Of a stretch of DNA of 64,000 bases, positions 10,399 to 20,124 are shown piece by piece (within the stretch, counting starts at the first letter, position 1; each line of letters opens with the position of its first letter). Under the pieces are notes generated by a model that was given only the letters and a program-made list of their open reading frames with translations, had not been told where the DNA came from and did no database searches. A program made the translations under genes and the position numbers. Source of the DNA: a virus; the IMG/VR virus record IMGVR_UViG_3300012988_000001, positions 246,414 through 310,413 of that record; one strand, written 5' to 3'.

Positions 10399-10674
10399 AT
10401 GATTACAGATGACGGTAAAGTTGATTTTAACTTCGTTCAGTTAGAATCTAAAAATGGAAAATTTTACTTCGAACACCCAAAGAACAAAAAGATTGTTTAT
10501 GAGGTTCCTCATGATCAATTTAGATTCCTTTTCGTTAAGGCAGCACAGGATACCGCTAATGGTAGTATCCTAAAAAAGAAATCTAATTCATTTGAGTACT
10601 TACTAAGTCAACTCGAAATGAATGAAGACCTATTTCAAGCAATGTTATACCCAAATTCAGAATGGACTATTTAG
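10399..10674 (+). CDS. hypothetical protein (91 aa)
   Basis: ORF with RBS gaaggtataaaatg. Confidence 0.4.
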   Translation: MITDDGKVDFNFVQLESKNGKFYFEHPKNKKIVYEVPHDQFRFLFVKAAQDTANGSILKKKSNSFEYLLSQLEMNEDLFQAMLYPNSEWTI

Positions 10675-11642
10675 GAGTAAGTATGAGTAATAATGCACTA
10701 TGGACAGAAAAGTACCGCCCACGTGACATGGAAAACTATGTCTTTAAAAACCCAGCATTTGAAGCTAAAATGATTGAGTGGATTACTACAGGCGATATTC
10801 CACACATCGGTTTCTTCGGTCCAGCAGGAACGGGTAAAACTTCGGCTATTGGTGTCCTAATCAATGGCCTAGAAGCCAATGGTCACATCGATCGTTTTGA
10901 TGTTATGACCCTAAACATGTCCGATGAGGGTATTGACGCAGTTCGTGAAAAGATCGAACCAGCAGCCCGTCTAACGCCTAATGGAAAGTACCGTATCTTT
11001 GTACTAGAAGAGATGGAACAGATGAACCAAAAGGCACAAGCGTCCCTCAAACGTACAATGGAAGACTATGCTGATAATGCTCGTTTCATCCTAACTTCCA
11101 ATGAACCACACAAGATTCTAAAGCCTATCCTTTCTCGTGTACAAAACATTACAATCGAGAAACATGATCGTGAAGCGTATATGACTCGTGTCATTAACGT
11201 TCTATTAGCAGAAGAAGTAGATTTGAGTTCAGAAGACAGTATCAATCTAGTTGACAAGTATATCAATGCAACGTATCCTGATTTCCGCAAAACACTAAAC
11301 ACCTTGCAGAGCAGCATTGTAGATGGTAAACTTCTAAAACTCGAAGATAGTGTAGATAGCACTGCTAACTACCGTGCACTTATCATCGATGCACTTCAGA
11401 ATGGTAGCATTCGTGAAATGCGTGAACTTATTGTTCAAAACGTTCCTGAAGATGAAATGGATGGGTTCTTTACATTCCTTTCGCAGAATGTTAATATGTT
11501 CACTTCAGACGAAATCACTCGTATGAAGATTATCGTTAAAATTCGTGACGCAATGGTTAAACAAGCCTCTGTCTCTGACCGTGAATTGAACCTAAGTGCG
11601 TTACTATGTGAAATTGATCTAACTGTCTCAGGAGACATGTAA
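10662..11642 (+). CDS. clamp loader ATPase (T4 gp44-like, RFC-type AAA+)
   Basis: EKYRP...GPAGTGKTS Walker A, DEAD-like LEEME Walker B, SRV sensor. C-terminal ...TYPDFRKTLNTLQS matches T4 gp44 ...NFPDFRKTIGELDS. Confidence 0.8.
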   Translation: MDYLGVSMSNNALWTEKYRPRDMENYVFKNPAFEAKMIEWITTGDIPHIGFFGPAGTGKTSAIGVLINGLEANGHIDRFDVMTLNMSDEGIDAVREKIEPAARLTPNGKYRIFVLEEMEQMNQKAQASLKRTMEDYADNARFILTSNEPHKILKPILSRVQNITIEKHDREAYMTRVINVLLAEEVDLSSEDSINLVDKYINATYPDFRKTLNTLQSSIVDGKLLKLEDSVDSTANYRALIIDALQNGSIREMRELIVQNVPEDEMDGFFTFLSQNVNMFTSDEITRMKIIVKIRDAMVKQASVSDRELNLSALLCEIDLTVSGDM

Positions 11643-12268
11643 TGTCCAAGCGTAAAGCTATCGTATTTGATGTGGATGAAATTTTACTTGACCACCTCGG
11701 AGGTTTCCGGGTGTGGTTGGCTAAGAAACATGGCATCATTTGTAAAAGTGATTATCCAGATCAGTACGATTTGACTGAATGGATGGGAGTAGCAGACCAG
11801 AAAGAAGTAGTGAAGTACTTGAAAGAGTTCAACGAAACTTCGTGGGAGTTTGGTGTACTAAAACCACAATCAGAAAGTGTTATATCGTTTATGTTTGCTT
11901 TACGCCACACTTTCCCAGATGCGGTATTTGCAGCACTAACCAAATCTGGCACAATGGGTCATGGTGAAGTTCTTCGCCGTGCTAACTTAGAACACGTTTA
12001 CCCAGACGTACTAGATGAAGTACACATTGTTGAAATGTACGAATCTAAACGTGGAGCCTTACATAAGCTCCAAGCTAAGTACGATGTAGTTGCTCTCGTA
12101 GATGACTATATTGAGAATATTGAAACAGCAGTCGATATGGGTATTCGTGGTATTATGTTGAATTGTCCACATAATGCACAGTACTCCCAGCGTGAAGATT
12201 TTCATTACGCTGGAAATTGGCCTTCAATTATCCACGAAATCTGTACGGTAATGAATAAAGGGGAGTAA
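11642..12268 (+). CDS. HAD-superfamily 5'(3')-deoxyribonucleotidase-like protein (NT5C family)
   Basis: N-terminal VFDVDEILLD (DxD HAD motif I), size and later VDDY motif typical of 5'-deoxyribonucleotidases. Confidence 0.6.
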   Translation: MSKRKAIVFDVDEILLDHLGGFRVWLAKKHGIICKSDYPDQYDLTEWMGVADQKEVVKYLKEFNETSWEFGVLKPQSESVISFMFALRHTFPDAVFAALTKSGTMGHGEVLRRANLEHVYPDVLDEVHIVEMYESKRGALHKLQAKYDVVALVDDYIENIETAVDMGIRGIMLNCPHNAQYSQREDFHYAGNWPSIIHEICTVMNKGE

Positions 12269-12333
12269 TCCCCTTTAGTTGTTTTTATATTCAGTAAATA
12301 AGGATATAATTATGTAACATAAAGGAACATAAA

Positions 12334-12903
12334 ATGGAAGAAAATTCAGCAATTCAAAACTTGTACGATCAAGATGGTCTTCTAGATATCCTATTGGGTG
12401 TTGAGAAGTACTTCGATGATATGGACTTGTATGCATATAAGAACTGGATTTACGGTGAACTAGTAGAAGGTCCAATGGTTAGTAAGTACTGGGTAGAAGT
12501 TACCTTTAAGTACGACCATGATACTTTCCCTGATCCTATGGGAACAAGGGTACTAGAACAACAAGGGACTAAAATATTCATTAAGCGTGATTTCGAAGTT
12601 ACCCCTGTTGCGTTTCCTCGTAATCGAAATGATATGCAAGCAGTCGGTACACAAAGTGGGTCGGTATCCCTACCTAAAGATGAACGTATCCCCGTCATTC
12701 TATATAAATTCCAAATCCCTCGCCGTATCATTAACCCTGAAAGTTTCGATGAGTACAAACTAATGGCAAGTACGTTCAATAAGAACGATAACATGGATAA
12801 TGAAGAACCAGATACCCAGCAGGACATGAGCATGGACAACGAAGAAGATGTTCAACAAATGGATCAGCAAATGGGTGGACAACCACCAATGGGAGGTATG
12901 TAA
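12334..12903 (+). CDS. hypothetical protein with Q/M/G-rich acidic low-complexity tail
   Basis: ORF ending ...MDNEEDVQQMDQQMGGQPPMGGM. Confidence 0.45.
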   Translation: MEENSAIQNLYDQDGLLDILLGVEKYFDDMDLYAYKNWIYGELVEGPMVSKYWVEVTFKYDHDTFPDPMGTRVLEQQGTKIFIKRDFEVTPVAFPRNRNDMQAVGTQSGSVSLPKDERIPVILYKFQIPRRIINPESFDEYKLMASTFNKNDNMDNEEPDTQQDMSMDNEEDVQQMDQQMGGQPPMGGM

Positions 12904-13586
12904 TGAGTAAGCAATTAAATGAACGTGCGTTACGTCCAGACATTCTAAAAGATCTAGTTCACCCAATTATTAGTGTAGATGAATACACTTCCAAGATTGG
13001 TGAGAACAATGTTGTTGTAGCATTTGAAGTACTAGATAACTTCGATGCTGCATATGATTTAAGTTCTTTTATTGAAAAATCACCAGTAGGTGTCATTGAC
13101 ACTGAAGCAAGTGAAACTCCTAACGTGGATGGTAGATATATAGTATTTTCTGAATTCGAACGTGATGGCGAATTTCCAATGCGTCTTTTACTATTAATTA
13201 AGACTATTGAAAACATTTGTCCTAATCCGGGTTGGAAAATACAACTATATGGTGTTAATGATCCAATTGATGTGGACTTTAAAACTATTACTAAGAAAAT
13301 GGTTCTTGTTAAACCAGATACTATTACCGAGTTTTTCGATCCAGCATCAGTATCAGTTGACATTCTCGAAGAAACCATACGTTTAAACACTGCTTATGGA
13401 CCATTGCACTTCCAAAAAGGAAGTGGTATAGTATCTGAAACATATGTAAAAAGTTTACTTGATGAAAAAACAGACCTTGACAATACACGCTTAAGTGGTA
13501 TTCTAGGAGAAGGGTTTGATGTTCTTCGTAGTGGAGAGCAGTACATCATTGGTAATAGAACAGGACAGTATGTTGTATTGAGATAA
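12903..13586 (+). CDS. possible sliding clamp (T4 gp45-like) - weak
   Basis: 227 aa (gp45 is 228 aa). Segment FEVLDNFDAAYDLSSFIE resembles gp45 DVIDFDVAIYDLNGFLG. The position next to the clamp loader is consistent. Similarity is judged by eye only. Confidence 0.3.
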   Translation: MSKQLNERALRPDILKDLVHPIISVDEYTSKIGENNVVVAFEVLDNFDAAYDLSSFIEKSPVGVIDTEASETPNVDGRYIVFSEFERDGEFPMRLLLLIKTIENICPNPGWKIQLYGVNDPIDVDFKTITKKMVLVKPDTITEFFDPASVSVDILEETIRLNTAYGPLHFQKGSGIVSETYVKSLLDEKTDLDNTRLSGILGEGFDVLRSGEQYIIGNRTGQYVVLR

Positions 13587-14383
13587 TGAAAGTACTGAAT
13601 TCCCTTTTAGCACTTCATGAAGTAACTAAATGCAGTACCCAAAAAAGTGGTCGCAATGGCCTAGCTAAAAGATTGTATGTTCGCACATACGAGATTAACC
13701 GCATAGGCCGTGACTACGATGATATCAACCGAAAAGATGTTGGTACAGAGATGATTCTCAAAGCGTACTTAGCACGTAAGGTATATATCAATGAAAAGAA
13801 TCTCCGAAATAAGTTCTTCTTCTTTGAAGAGGACTATGAAAGTGAGAAGAAGTTTACTGATGGATTATGGAAGATATTTTGCATAGAAGTATTCGGTTCA
13901 GTACTACCTGAATTACCAGTACCCACTACATATGACGAATTAGAAAGATTATTCAGAAATGATGCACTGTACTTAGATTTCTCTTTACACAAAACCGTTA
14001 AAGAGTCAGTCATCCATAACCAAATTAAAGGTGCAAATCATTTCCAAAGTATTAAAGACTTTGACTTGTATTGTTCCTTACCGGGAATCCCCGGATGGAC
14101 TGCACAGCAACATGGTGCTATGTTAGCTGATGGTCGGGTAGAAGCCCCACAGCGTCTTCTACAATGTTCAATCTCTATGTTCAAACTTGAATATGAAGGT
14201 TGTCCAGAACCGTACCAGTACTTCTGGAAGGAACGTGCTAATGCTGCGATGAACAAAGCATTGGTTATCCTACAGAAGACGTATATTACAAAATTTAGAA
14301 ATGCCACTATGTACGACAAGCCAGTACTTCCAGAGAAGTTCGAGCCTGTCAAAACATTCGTGTGGAACAATAAAAGAGCGTAA
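13586..14383 (+). CDS. hypothetical protein (265 aa)
   Basis: ORF, ATGA overlap with upstream gene. Confidence 0.45.
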   Translation: MKVLNSLLALHEVTKCSTQKSGRNGLAKRLYVRTYEINRIGRDYDDINRKDVGTEMILKAYLARKVYINEKNLRNKFFFFEEDYESEKKFTDGLWKIFCIEVFGSVLPELPVPTTYDELERLFRNDALYLDFSLHKTVKESVIHNQIKGANHFQSIKDFDLYCSLPGIPGWTAQQHGAMLADGRVEAPQRLLQCSISMFKLEYEGCPEPYQYFWKERANAAMNKALVILQKTYITKFRNATMYDKPVLPEKFEPVKTFVWNNKRA

Positions 14384-14410
14384 CATAAAAATTACGCTCT
14401 TTTTGTTTTT
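14375..14410 (+). terminator. rho-independent terminator
   Basis: agagcgtaa-cataaaaa-ttacgctct hairpin plus tttttgttttt. Confidence 0.7.
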
Positions 14411-14415
14411 AGGGG

Positions 14416-14444
14416 TTGACAGACTGAACCGGATGCCCTATAAT
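14416..14444 (+). promoter_or_regulatory. class A sigma70-consensus promoter
   Basis: TTGACA-17nt-TATAAT. Confidence 0.65.
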
Positions 14445-14503
14445 AACCTCACTTTATTGCAGTACACATTTTATTGAACACGATTAAAAACTAACATGAG
14501 GAT

Positions 14504-14944
14504 TTGCCTATGACAGCTAAAATTGAATTTTTCTACACCCACGGTCATTCTTACACTGCCACTAACGTAATTGAAGAATCGATCTGCACTGATAACGACA
14601 AGGTTCTATATGTTCATGAAACTGTGAAAGAAGATCTAGACATTCATTCAACTAACGCAGTAACTGTTCAGAAACATGACCTAAAATTTGCAATTATCAC
14701 CTTCAGTGCAGATTCCGAACATTCCGGGTACACTGAAATCATCCACGGCCTAGTTGAGAAATTCGACATTATGGCAACCTTCGCTGAAGCTGAAAAAATT
14801 CGTAAGCTAGAAGCTGAAGATCGTGCCACCGAAGAACGTATTGCCTACAAACGCCAACGTGAAGCAGAAAAATATGTTGAGCGTCGTCGTAAGCGTTCCG
14901 CTGAACGTAAATCGGAAGGTCGCGGCAACCAACAATCAAACTAA
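14504..14944 (+). CDS. hypothetical protein with basic coiled-coil C-terminus (RKLEAEDRATEERIAYKRQREAEKYVERRRKRS)
   Basis: ORF downstream of the promoter with RBS gaggatttgcctatg. Confidence 0.5.
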   Translation: MPMTAKIEFFYTHGHSYTATNVIEESICTDNDKVLYVHETVKEDLDIHSTNAVTVQKHDLKFAIITFSADSEHSGYTEIIHGLVEKFDIMATFAEAEKIRKLEAEDRATEERIAYKRQREAEKYVERRRKRSAERKSEGRGNQQSN

Positions 14945-14947
14945 GTG

Positions 14948-14975
14948 TTGACAGTACAAAATAAGTCTGTATAAT
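14948..14975 (+). promoter_or_regulatory. class A sigma70-consensus promoter
   Basis: TTGACA-16nt-TATAAT. Confidence 0.65.
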
Positions 14976-15028
14976 GTTTGACATGAAGGGGAGCAATCCG
15001 CTCCCTTATTAATTAAACGAGGACCGAT

Positions 15029-16162
15029 ATGAAAGGCAAATACTTCTTTATTGAAAATGGCAAAGAAATCGAAATCAAAGAATTTGACTACAAATACGTT
15101 CGTAATGCCTTTCTAAAGGAGTATGATCGTAAAGCTAACCGTCAATACTGCTTCACTGTAATCGTGGACCGTACATATGACCCAGTTGGTGAGCCTGTCT
15201 TTGATGTTCGTGTACTGGATTTAAACGATATCTACTTTGATAACACACGTTTACGTATGCTCGAAGTAATGATTGACGAGATTAGCTGGGATAACAAAGC
15301 TACTACTCGTATTCAAAATCTTCCAGTTCCACCACTCCAGAAAGAGTATCAGGATTTCTTGGAAGGTAAAAAACGTAAAGCAGTGGTTACAACGGATTCA
15401 TCTCCGCAGTTGATTGAGATTCCACCGCCACCACCATTAGAGCGTGTTCCAGTACTTGAGGATGATGCACGTATTCAGAGCGTTGAACTTATGTTTGATG
15501 GTTCTGATATTGAAGTAAAACCAATGGTAGTACTGGATTGGGTTGATAACTTCCAAGTTGCTAACCACGAAGTATCTACACAAATGCGGGCTATGACCGA
15601 AAAGCAGATTAAGATGGTTGCTAACATCAATACGCACAGTCAGTACCTTCAAGGTGTAATGAAAAATGTGTCTAACGTGCTTGAAGACATTTTCCCTGTG
15701 AATCCGGGGTTATTCAAGCGTATGTTTGGGAACACTGATTTCAAGATTAGTGCAGAAGATTTGCAGCCAAGCATTGAACGTTTACAAGCAGCAGTGAAGA
15801 TTGATCCACGCCGTTTTGCTGGTATCAAAGAGACTTTTGATGAAATCAATACCTTAAGTACTGAAATCAAAGATTGTCTTGATCAGGGTGTGTTAGGTTG
15901 TAAGTTTGCAGTGGCAACGATTGAAGAATCTTTTGAATTTGACATTCGCGAAGAACGTCTAATGAAAATGGGTATCGTCGCCAACCAGACTCGTCTTTCT
16001 ATGAAAGATGCTGAAATGAACTTCAATATCAGTATGGATAGCTTCAACGAAATCCAGACAGTATTGATTCCAGTTATCGTTATGCGTATGCAAGCTAGCG
16101 TGAATAACAAGCTAGACGACGACACTGTAAACATGATCCGCAAGATTGCGAAAAAAGACTAA
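15029..16162 (+). CDS. hypothetical protein (377 aa)
   Basis: ORF with RBS cgaggaccgatatg. Confidence 0.5.
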   Translation: MKGKYFFIENGKEIEIKEFDYKYVRNAFLKEYDRKANRQYCFTVIVDRTYDPVGEPVFDVRVLDLNDIYFDNTRLRMLEVMIDEISWDNKATTRIQNLPVPPLQKEYQDFLEGKKRKAVVTTDSSPQLIEIPPPPPLERVPVLEDDARIQSVELMFDGSDIEVKPMVVLDWVDNFQVANHEVSTQMRAMTEKQIKMVANINTHSQYLQGVMKNVSNVLEDIFPVNPGLFKRMFGNTDFKISAEDLQPSIERLQAAVKIDPRRFAGIKETFDEINTLSTEIKDCLDQGVLGCKFAVATIEESFEFDIREERLMKMGIVANQTRLSMKDAEMNFNISMDSFNEIQTVLIPVIVMRMQASVNNKLDDDTVNMIRKIAKKD

Positions 16163-16171
16163 AATAAACTG

Positions 16172-16199
16172 TTGACACAATCTGGTAGTGCTGTATAAT
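16172..16199 (+). promoter_or_regulatory. class A sigma70-consensus promoter with 10-bp inverted repeat (GTAGTGCTGT/ACAGCACTAC) bracketing the -10
   Basis: TTGACA-16nt-TATAAT. The inverted repeat was read directly. Confidence 0.65.
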
Positions 16200-16252
16200 G
16201 TTCACATCAAGACGAGACAGCACTACATATTAACTTAAAAGAGGAATTAAAC

Positions 16253-17395
16253 ATGTCCGAGAAAGATATCACTCCAGCAACTAAAGCACCACGTACTCGT
16301 AAAGCTGCACCGAAAGCAACTGCTACCAAGACCAAAGCGAAAGTTAAAGCTGAAAGTGAAGTTTTCGAACAGTCTGAAAAGCAGCTACCGACATTGACCT
16401 CTGCAAAGGGTCAGACTATGGAACTGACTGTTTCTAACATTCACAACTTTGGTATGGAAGCTGGTCAAAGCATCTCTGTACTGAACGACCAGATCCTTAA
16501 CCGTGTTAAGGTTGCTGACAGCGGTGAATTTGGTGAAAGCGTAAACAACATTCTTGCTCTCACCCGTAGTGTTGACATTGAATCTTTGGGTAATAAAAAC
16601 CAAGGCATCGTAGGTAAATTCTTAGGTTTGTTCCGTGACGCAAAACGTCAAGTAACCGACCAGTTGAACACCAGCTATGACCAGATTCAAGAAATCGTTA
16701 CTACCCTTGATGGCGGCGTTGCACGTATGACCGATGAAGCACGTTGGTTGGAAAAAGTTTATACTGCTAACATCGAACATTTGAACGAACTAAAATCAGC
16801 ACTAGTTTGCATTGAAGATGTGAAAGCACCACAAGAAGCTATTCTCGATGGTATGCGTTTGGACGACACTGTAGAAGTTGAGAAGTTCGAAGAACAGAAA
16901 CTTATCGTAGAAGCACTCGATAAGCAAGCGGATAAAGTACGTCGTTTGATTACTCTATCCCAGCTAATGGCTCCACAGATTATGTCCATGCGTAAGGTTA
17001 ACACCAATACTCATGAGAAGTACCAGACTCTAATCACGACTACCATCCCAGCATGGAAGACGCAGATGAGCCTCGGTCTAATCAGTGATGCACAACGTAA
17101 AGATAACGAGCTTTCAGCTAAGATCGATGATCAGACTAACCTACTACTATCCAATAACGCGGATACCGTAGCGAAGAACATGGTTGACTCTGCTAAAGCT
17201 AACCAACGTGGGGTTGTAGATTTGGATACACTACGCAAAGTACAGAACACTATGCTCCGTGGTATCAACGATACCATCCTAGTAGAGCAGAGCGGTAAAG
17301 CAGAGCGTGAAAAAGCAAAACTTGAAATGGAAAAAATGGATCAAGATTTGAAAAACGCACTACTTGAGATTGCCGACAAAACTCACAAGAAATAA
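16253..17395 (+). CDS. TelA/YaaN-family (toxic anion resistance-like) protein
   Basis: 380 aa. C-terminal half ...SQLMAPQIMSMRKVNTNT...TTIPAWKTQM...QRGVVDLDTLRK...GKAEREKAKLEMEK parallels B. subtilis YaaN/TelA ...QMAPQI...TIPLWKNQM...ERGIVDIETLK... Confidence 0.65.
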   Translation: MSEKDITPATKAPRTRKAAPKATATKTKAKVKAESEVFEQSEKQLPTLTSAKGQTMELTVSNIHNFGMEAGQSISVLNDQILNRVKVADSGEFGESVNNILALTRSVDIESLGNKNQGIVGKFLGLFRDAKRQVTDQLNTSYDQIQEIVTTLDGGVARMTDEARWLEKVYTANIEHLNELKSALVCIEDVKAPQEAILDGMRLDDTVEVEKFEEQKLIVEALDKQADKVRRLITLSQLMAPQIMSMRKVNTNTHEKYQTLITTTIPAWKTQMSLGLISDAQRKDNELSAKIDDQTNLLLSNNADTVAKNMVDSAKANQRGVVDLDTLRKVQNTMLRGINDTILVEQSGKAEREKAKLEMEKMDQDLKNALLEIADKTHKK

Positions 17396-17404
17396 TAAAA
17401 CAAA

Positions 17405-17426
17405 GGAGGCGAAAGCCTCCTTTTTC
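17405..17426 (+). terminator. rho-independent terminator
   Basis: ggaggc-gaaa-gcctcc plus tttttc. Confidence 0.7.
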
Positions 17427-17439
17427 ATAGGAGAATTTT

Positions 17440-17655
17440 ATGAGTAAACCAGTTGTTGTTGAGTACTTTGAAGACCGATATGGGTTCGAAGAGAACCGTT
17501 TCTTTGGCCTCTTTACGTCTAAAGCATCATGGGAAAATTATTGCCAACATAACGGTATTACTATTCGCCGCCCGGATGGTGTATTCAGCCTACGTGACCA
17601 CTATAACGATGGTACTTACACATATAATGCAAACGAAGTTGACTTTATTCAATAG
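17440..17655 (+). CDS. hypothetical protein (71 aa)
   Basis: ORF with RBS taggagaattttatg. Confidence 0.4.
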   Translation: MSKPVVVEYFEDRYGFEENRFFGLFTSKASWENYCQHNGITIRRPDGVFSLRDHYNDGTYTYNANEVDFIQ

Positions 17656-17663
17656 GAGGAATA

Positions 17664-18371
17664 ATGGCAGAATTAAAACGCCGTGATGTAACTATCGATA
17701 TCGAATCTTGGGGTACTCCTGAGAATAGCGGTTACGATATTATCATCCCTAACTACGCACTAGTTGTAGTACCGGATGAACCAGAAACATATGATCTAGA
17801 ATGGCTATACGTACAGCTACCAATCCAACAACAGATTGAGAGTGGTCTAAAGATGGATGCTAGTGCTCTATCTTTCTGGTTTGATATGTGTGCACAAGAT
17901 TACCCTCATGCACTAGAAGAAATGAAGAAGTCTCTTACCCTCTCTGCTCCACGTATCCGTACTCGTAATTATGAACCTTTGCGATTGAACTCATATCAGG
18001 ATCTTGTTGTTCCAGATCCTAGTACTATCGTGGAGAACTTCATTAGCAATTTCTATCGCAATGAAGGTAAGATTTGGGGTAATGGTTGTCACTTTGACTG
18101 TAGCATTTTACAAGCGAACCATCGCCTACTCTTTGGCAACAGCACAATGTGGAAATATAATGCACCACAGAACGCTAGGAGCCTCAAAGACCTTCTAAGT
18201 GAGAAACAACGTGAAGAGATGGATGCCATCGTTAAAGACTATCTAGGACGCTTTGAAACGACTATGCGTGTGGAATGTGGGATCACCAATCTTCAGCTAC
18301 ACCACCCGTTGTATGATGCAGCACGTGAAGCCCTTCAGGTTTCTTATTGCCGTAAAGTTAAAAACGGTTGA
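17664..18371 (+). CDS. DEDDh-type 3'-5' exonuclease (DnaQ/T4 DexA-like)
   Basis: VTIDIESWG (Exo I D-x-E), GNGCHFDCSIL (Exo II) and HHPLYDAAREAL (Exo III H-x4-D) motifs. Confidence 0.55.
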   Translation: MAELKRRDVTIDIESWGTPENSGYDIIIPNYALVVVPDEPETYDLEWLYVQLPIQQQIESGLKMDASALSFWFDMCAQDYPHALEEMKKSLTLSAPRIRTRNYEPLRLNSYQDLVVPDPSTIVENFISNFYRNEGKIWGNGCHFDCSILQANHRLLFGNSTMWKYNAPQNARSLKDLLSEKQREEMDAIVKDYLGRFETTMRVECGITNLQLHHPLYDAAREALQVSYCRKVKNG

Positions 18372-18395
18372 CAGGCGTTATGGGTGTGCTATAAT
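18368..18395 (+). promoter_or_regulatory. class A sigma70-consensus promoter with GGGTGTGC/GCACACCC inverted repeat around the -10
   Basis: TTGACA-16nt-TATAAT. Confidence 0.65.
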
Positions 18396-18425
18396 CTCTG
18401 CACACCCAAATTAAGAGGATAAATC

Positions 18426-19520
18426 ATGTTAGATTTTGCTATTCTCTTCATACCAGCATTCTTAGTAATGATTGCCATGAAGATGATGTATGACCACAAG
18501 ATTACTGCTAAAGAATTAGGTATTCACCTTGCAGCAGTAATTATTGGTGCAGCAGTAATCTTAGGTATTAACTACGCTTTCCTGTATAGCAATTTACAAG
18601 ATGTTGAAGTACTGAATGGTGAAGTCACTGGTAAGTACAAGCATACTGAAATATGTACGCAGTCAAGTTCTTGTAAGCGTTATACATTAAAAGAAAAATG
18701 TCACACATATCGCAGTGATGGTAAAACTAAAAAGTCATGTAAGACTTACAAGAAGTTCCATTACTATTCAGAGTTTGACTGGTACATTACCAGTACTGTT
18801 GGTAAAGTTGAAGTTGAGCGTGTTAACAGTCGTGGTGATGTAATGCCTCCACGTTACGACATTGCTAAGATTGGTGAACCAGCTAGTGCTGAACACACAT
18901 ATACAAACTATTTGTGGGCCGATGAGCATTCTCTCTTTGCTCCAGAGAACTTCGAAGAGAAGTATCCTGAAGATTATAAGAAGAATATTCCAAGCTATCC
19001 TTTGGTTTACGATTTATATCGTACAAACCATATTGTCAACTTGACAAGCGTACCGAGTACAGGCTATAATGAATTCATATCGGATGTGCTACGCACCGAA
19101 GGTGAAAAGAAGCAGTTAAACATTACTGTGGTTATGTACAATAGCAACGATCCACAATTCGTAGATGCTACCTTGACCAAATGGCGTGGTGGCAAGAAGA
19201 ATGATGTACTCATGTTCTTCGGAATCAACTCCGAGGGGAATGTGGATAAATTCTTTAGTACATCGTTTGCTGGTGGTATGAAAAACGAAATGCTTCATGC
19301 CAACATGCGTATTGATGCGTTGAGCGAGAAAATGTCGCTTGATTTGTTGAAGAAACAGGTATATACTACTGTTCAGAAATACGAGAGGTTACCAAACGAA
19401 GAGTTCAAGTACATGAAATATCGTCTTGAACCTAAGAAGGAAATCATCGTAGTGTGTAGCGTAGTGCTACTAATTATCTCAATGTTTATTGGCTTCTATA
19501 TGAGGGACAACGATTTATGA
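18426..19520 (+). CDS. membrane protein with N- and C-terminal TM helices and a Cys-rich extracytoplasmic region
   Basis: 364 aa. Hydrophobic N-terminus (ILFIPAFLVMIAM) and C-terminus (IIVVCSVVLLIISMFIGF). CTQSSSCKRYTLKEKCHTYRSDGKTKKSCKTYKK segment. Confidence 0.5.
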   Translation: MLDFAILFIPAFLVMIAMKMMYDHKITAKELGIHLAAVIIGAAVILGINYAFLYSNLQDVEVLNGEVTGKYKHTEICTQSSSCKRYTLKEKCHTYRSDGKTKKSCKTYKKFHYYSEFDWYITSTVGKVEVERVNSRGDVMPPRYDIAKIGEPASAEHTYTNYLWADEHSLFAPENFEEKYPEDYKKNIPSYPLVYDLYRTNHIVNLTSVPSTGYNEFISDVLRTEGEKKQLNITVVMYNSNDPQFVDATLTKWRGGKKNDVLMFFGINSEGNVDKFFSTSFAGGMKNEMLHANMRIDALSEKMSLDLLKKQVYTTVQKYERLPNEEFKYMKYRLEPKKEIIVVCSVVLLIISMFIGFYMRDNDL

Positions 19521-20077
19521 AAAACGCAATTTTAGCAGTAGTTGCACTGTTGGTAGTTATTGTACTTGGTGTAGCTGGTGTGGTTGGTATGTACAGTTCC
19601 ACACATGACACTGCGGTTGAATTCGAAAGTAATATCAAGCGTTTTTATGATGCATCCGAAAACGACTTGAGCAAATATACATTGTCGATTCAAGATAAAA
19701 CACAAATCTCTGAACTATATGTTGGTGACTTGCGTTCAGTAATCGGTGAGTACTTCAATGGTAAGCAAGGCGTTTCTGAGAAACAAGTAATGTCCTTCAT
19801 CCAACAGCACATCCCGAATTTGGATAGCAAGATTTATCAAGAACTATTAGCAACAATCGAAGCTGGACGTACTCAATTCGCGAACACCCAGAAGATGAAG
19901 ATTGATCAGTGTGCTTCTTATGACAAATTCCTAAATGGTTTCTGGAATAAGAAGATTATTGATTCAGCAGTCTTCCCATCTAAAGAGAAAGCACACTACT
20001 GTGTGGTAGTATCTGACAAGCAGACACGCACTGCAATGGAAACTGGCATTCAAGAGCCAATTAAACTAAAGCGTTAA
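19517..20077 (+). CDS. membrane-anchored protein (N-terminal TM, 186 aa)
   Basis: N-terminus ILAVVALLVVIVLGVAGVVG. No LemA LIPNLV motif. Confidence 0.45.
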   Translation: MKNAILAVVALLVVIVLGVAGVVGMYSSTHDTAVEFESNIKRFYDASENDLSKYTLSIQDKTQISELYVGDLRSVIGEYFNGKQGVSEKQVMSFIQQHIPNLDSKIYQELLATIEAGRTQFANTQKMKIDQCASYDKFLNGFWNKKIIDSAVFPSKEKAHYCVVVSDKQTRTAMETGIQEPIKLKR

Positions 20078-20086
20078 TGATACAAT

Positions 20087-20112
20087 GAGAGTGCTGAGGC
20101 ACTCTCTTTTTT
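20087..20112 (+). terminator. rho-independent terminator
   Basis: gagagtgc-tgag-gcactctc plus tttttt. Confidence 0.7.
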
Positions 20113-20124
20113 ATAGGTACAAAT

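Noticed and set aside
19517-20077. LemA-family protein
   Set aside because: It has an N-terminal TM like LemA, but lacks the conserved LIPNLV / YP.LKA core motifs.
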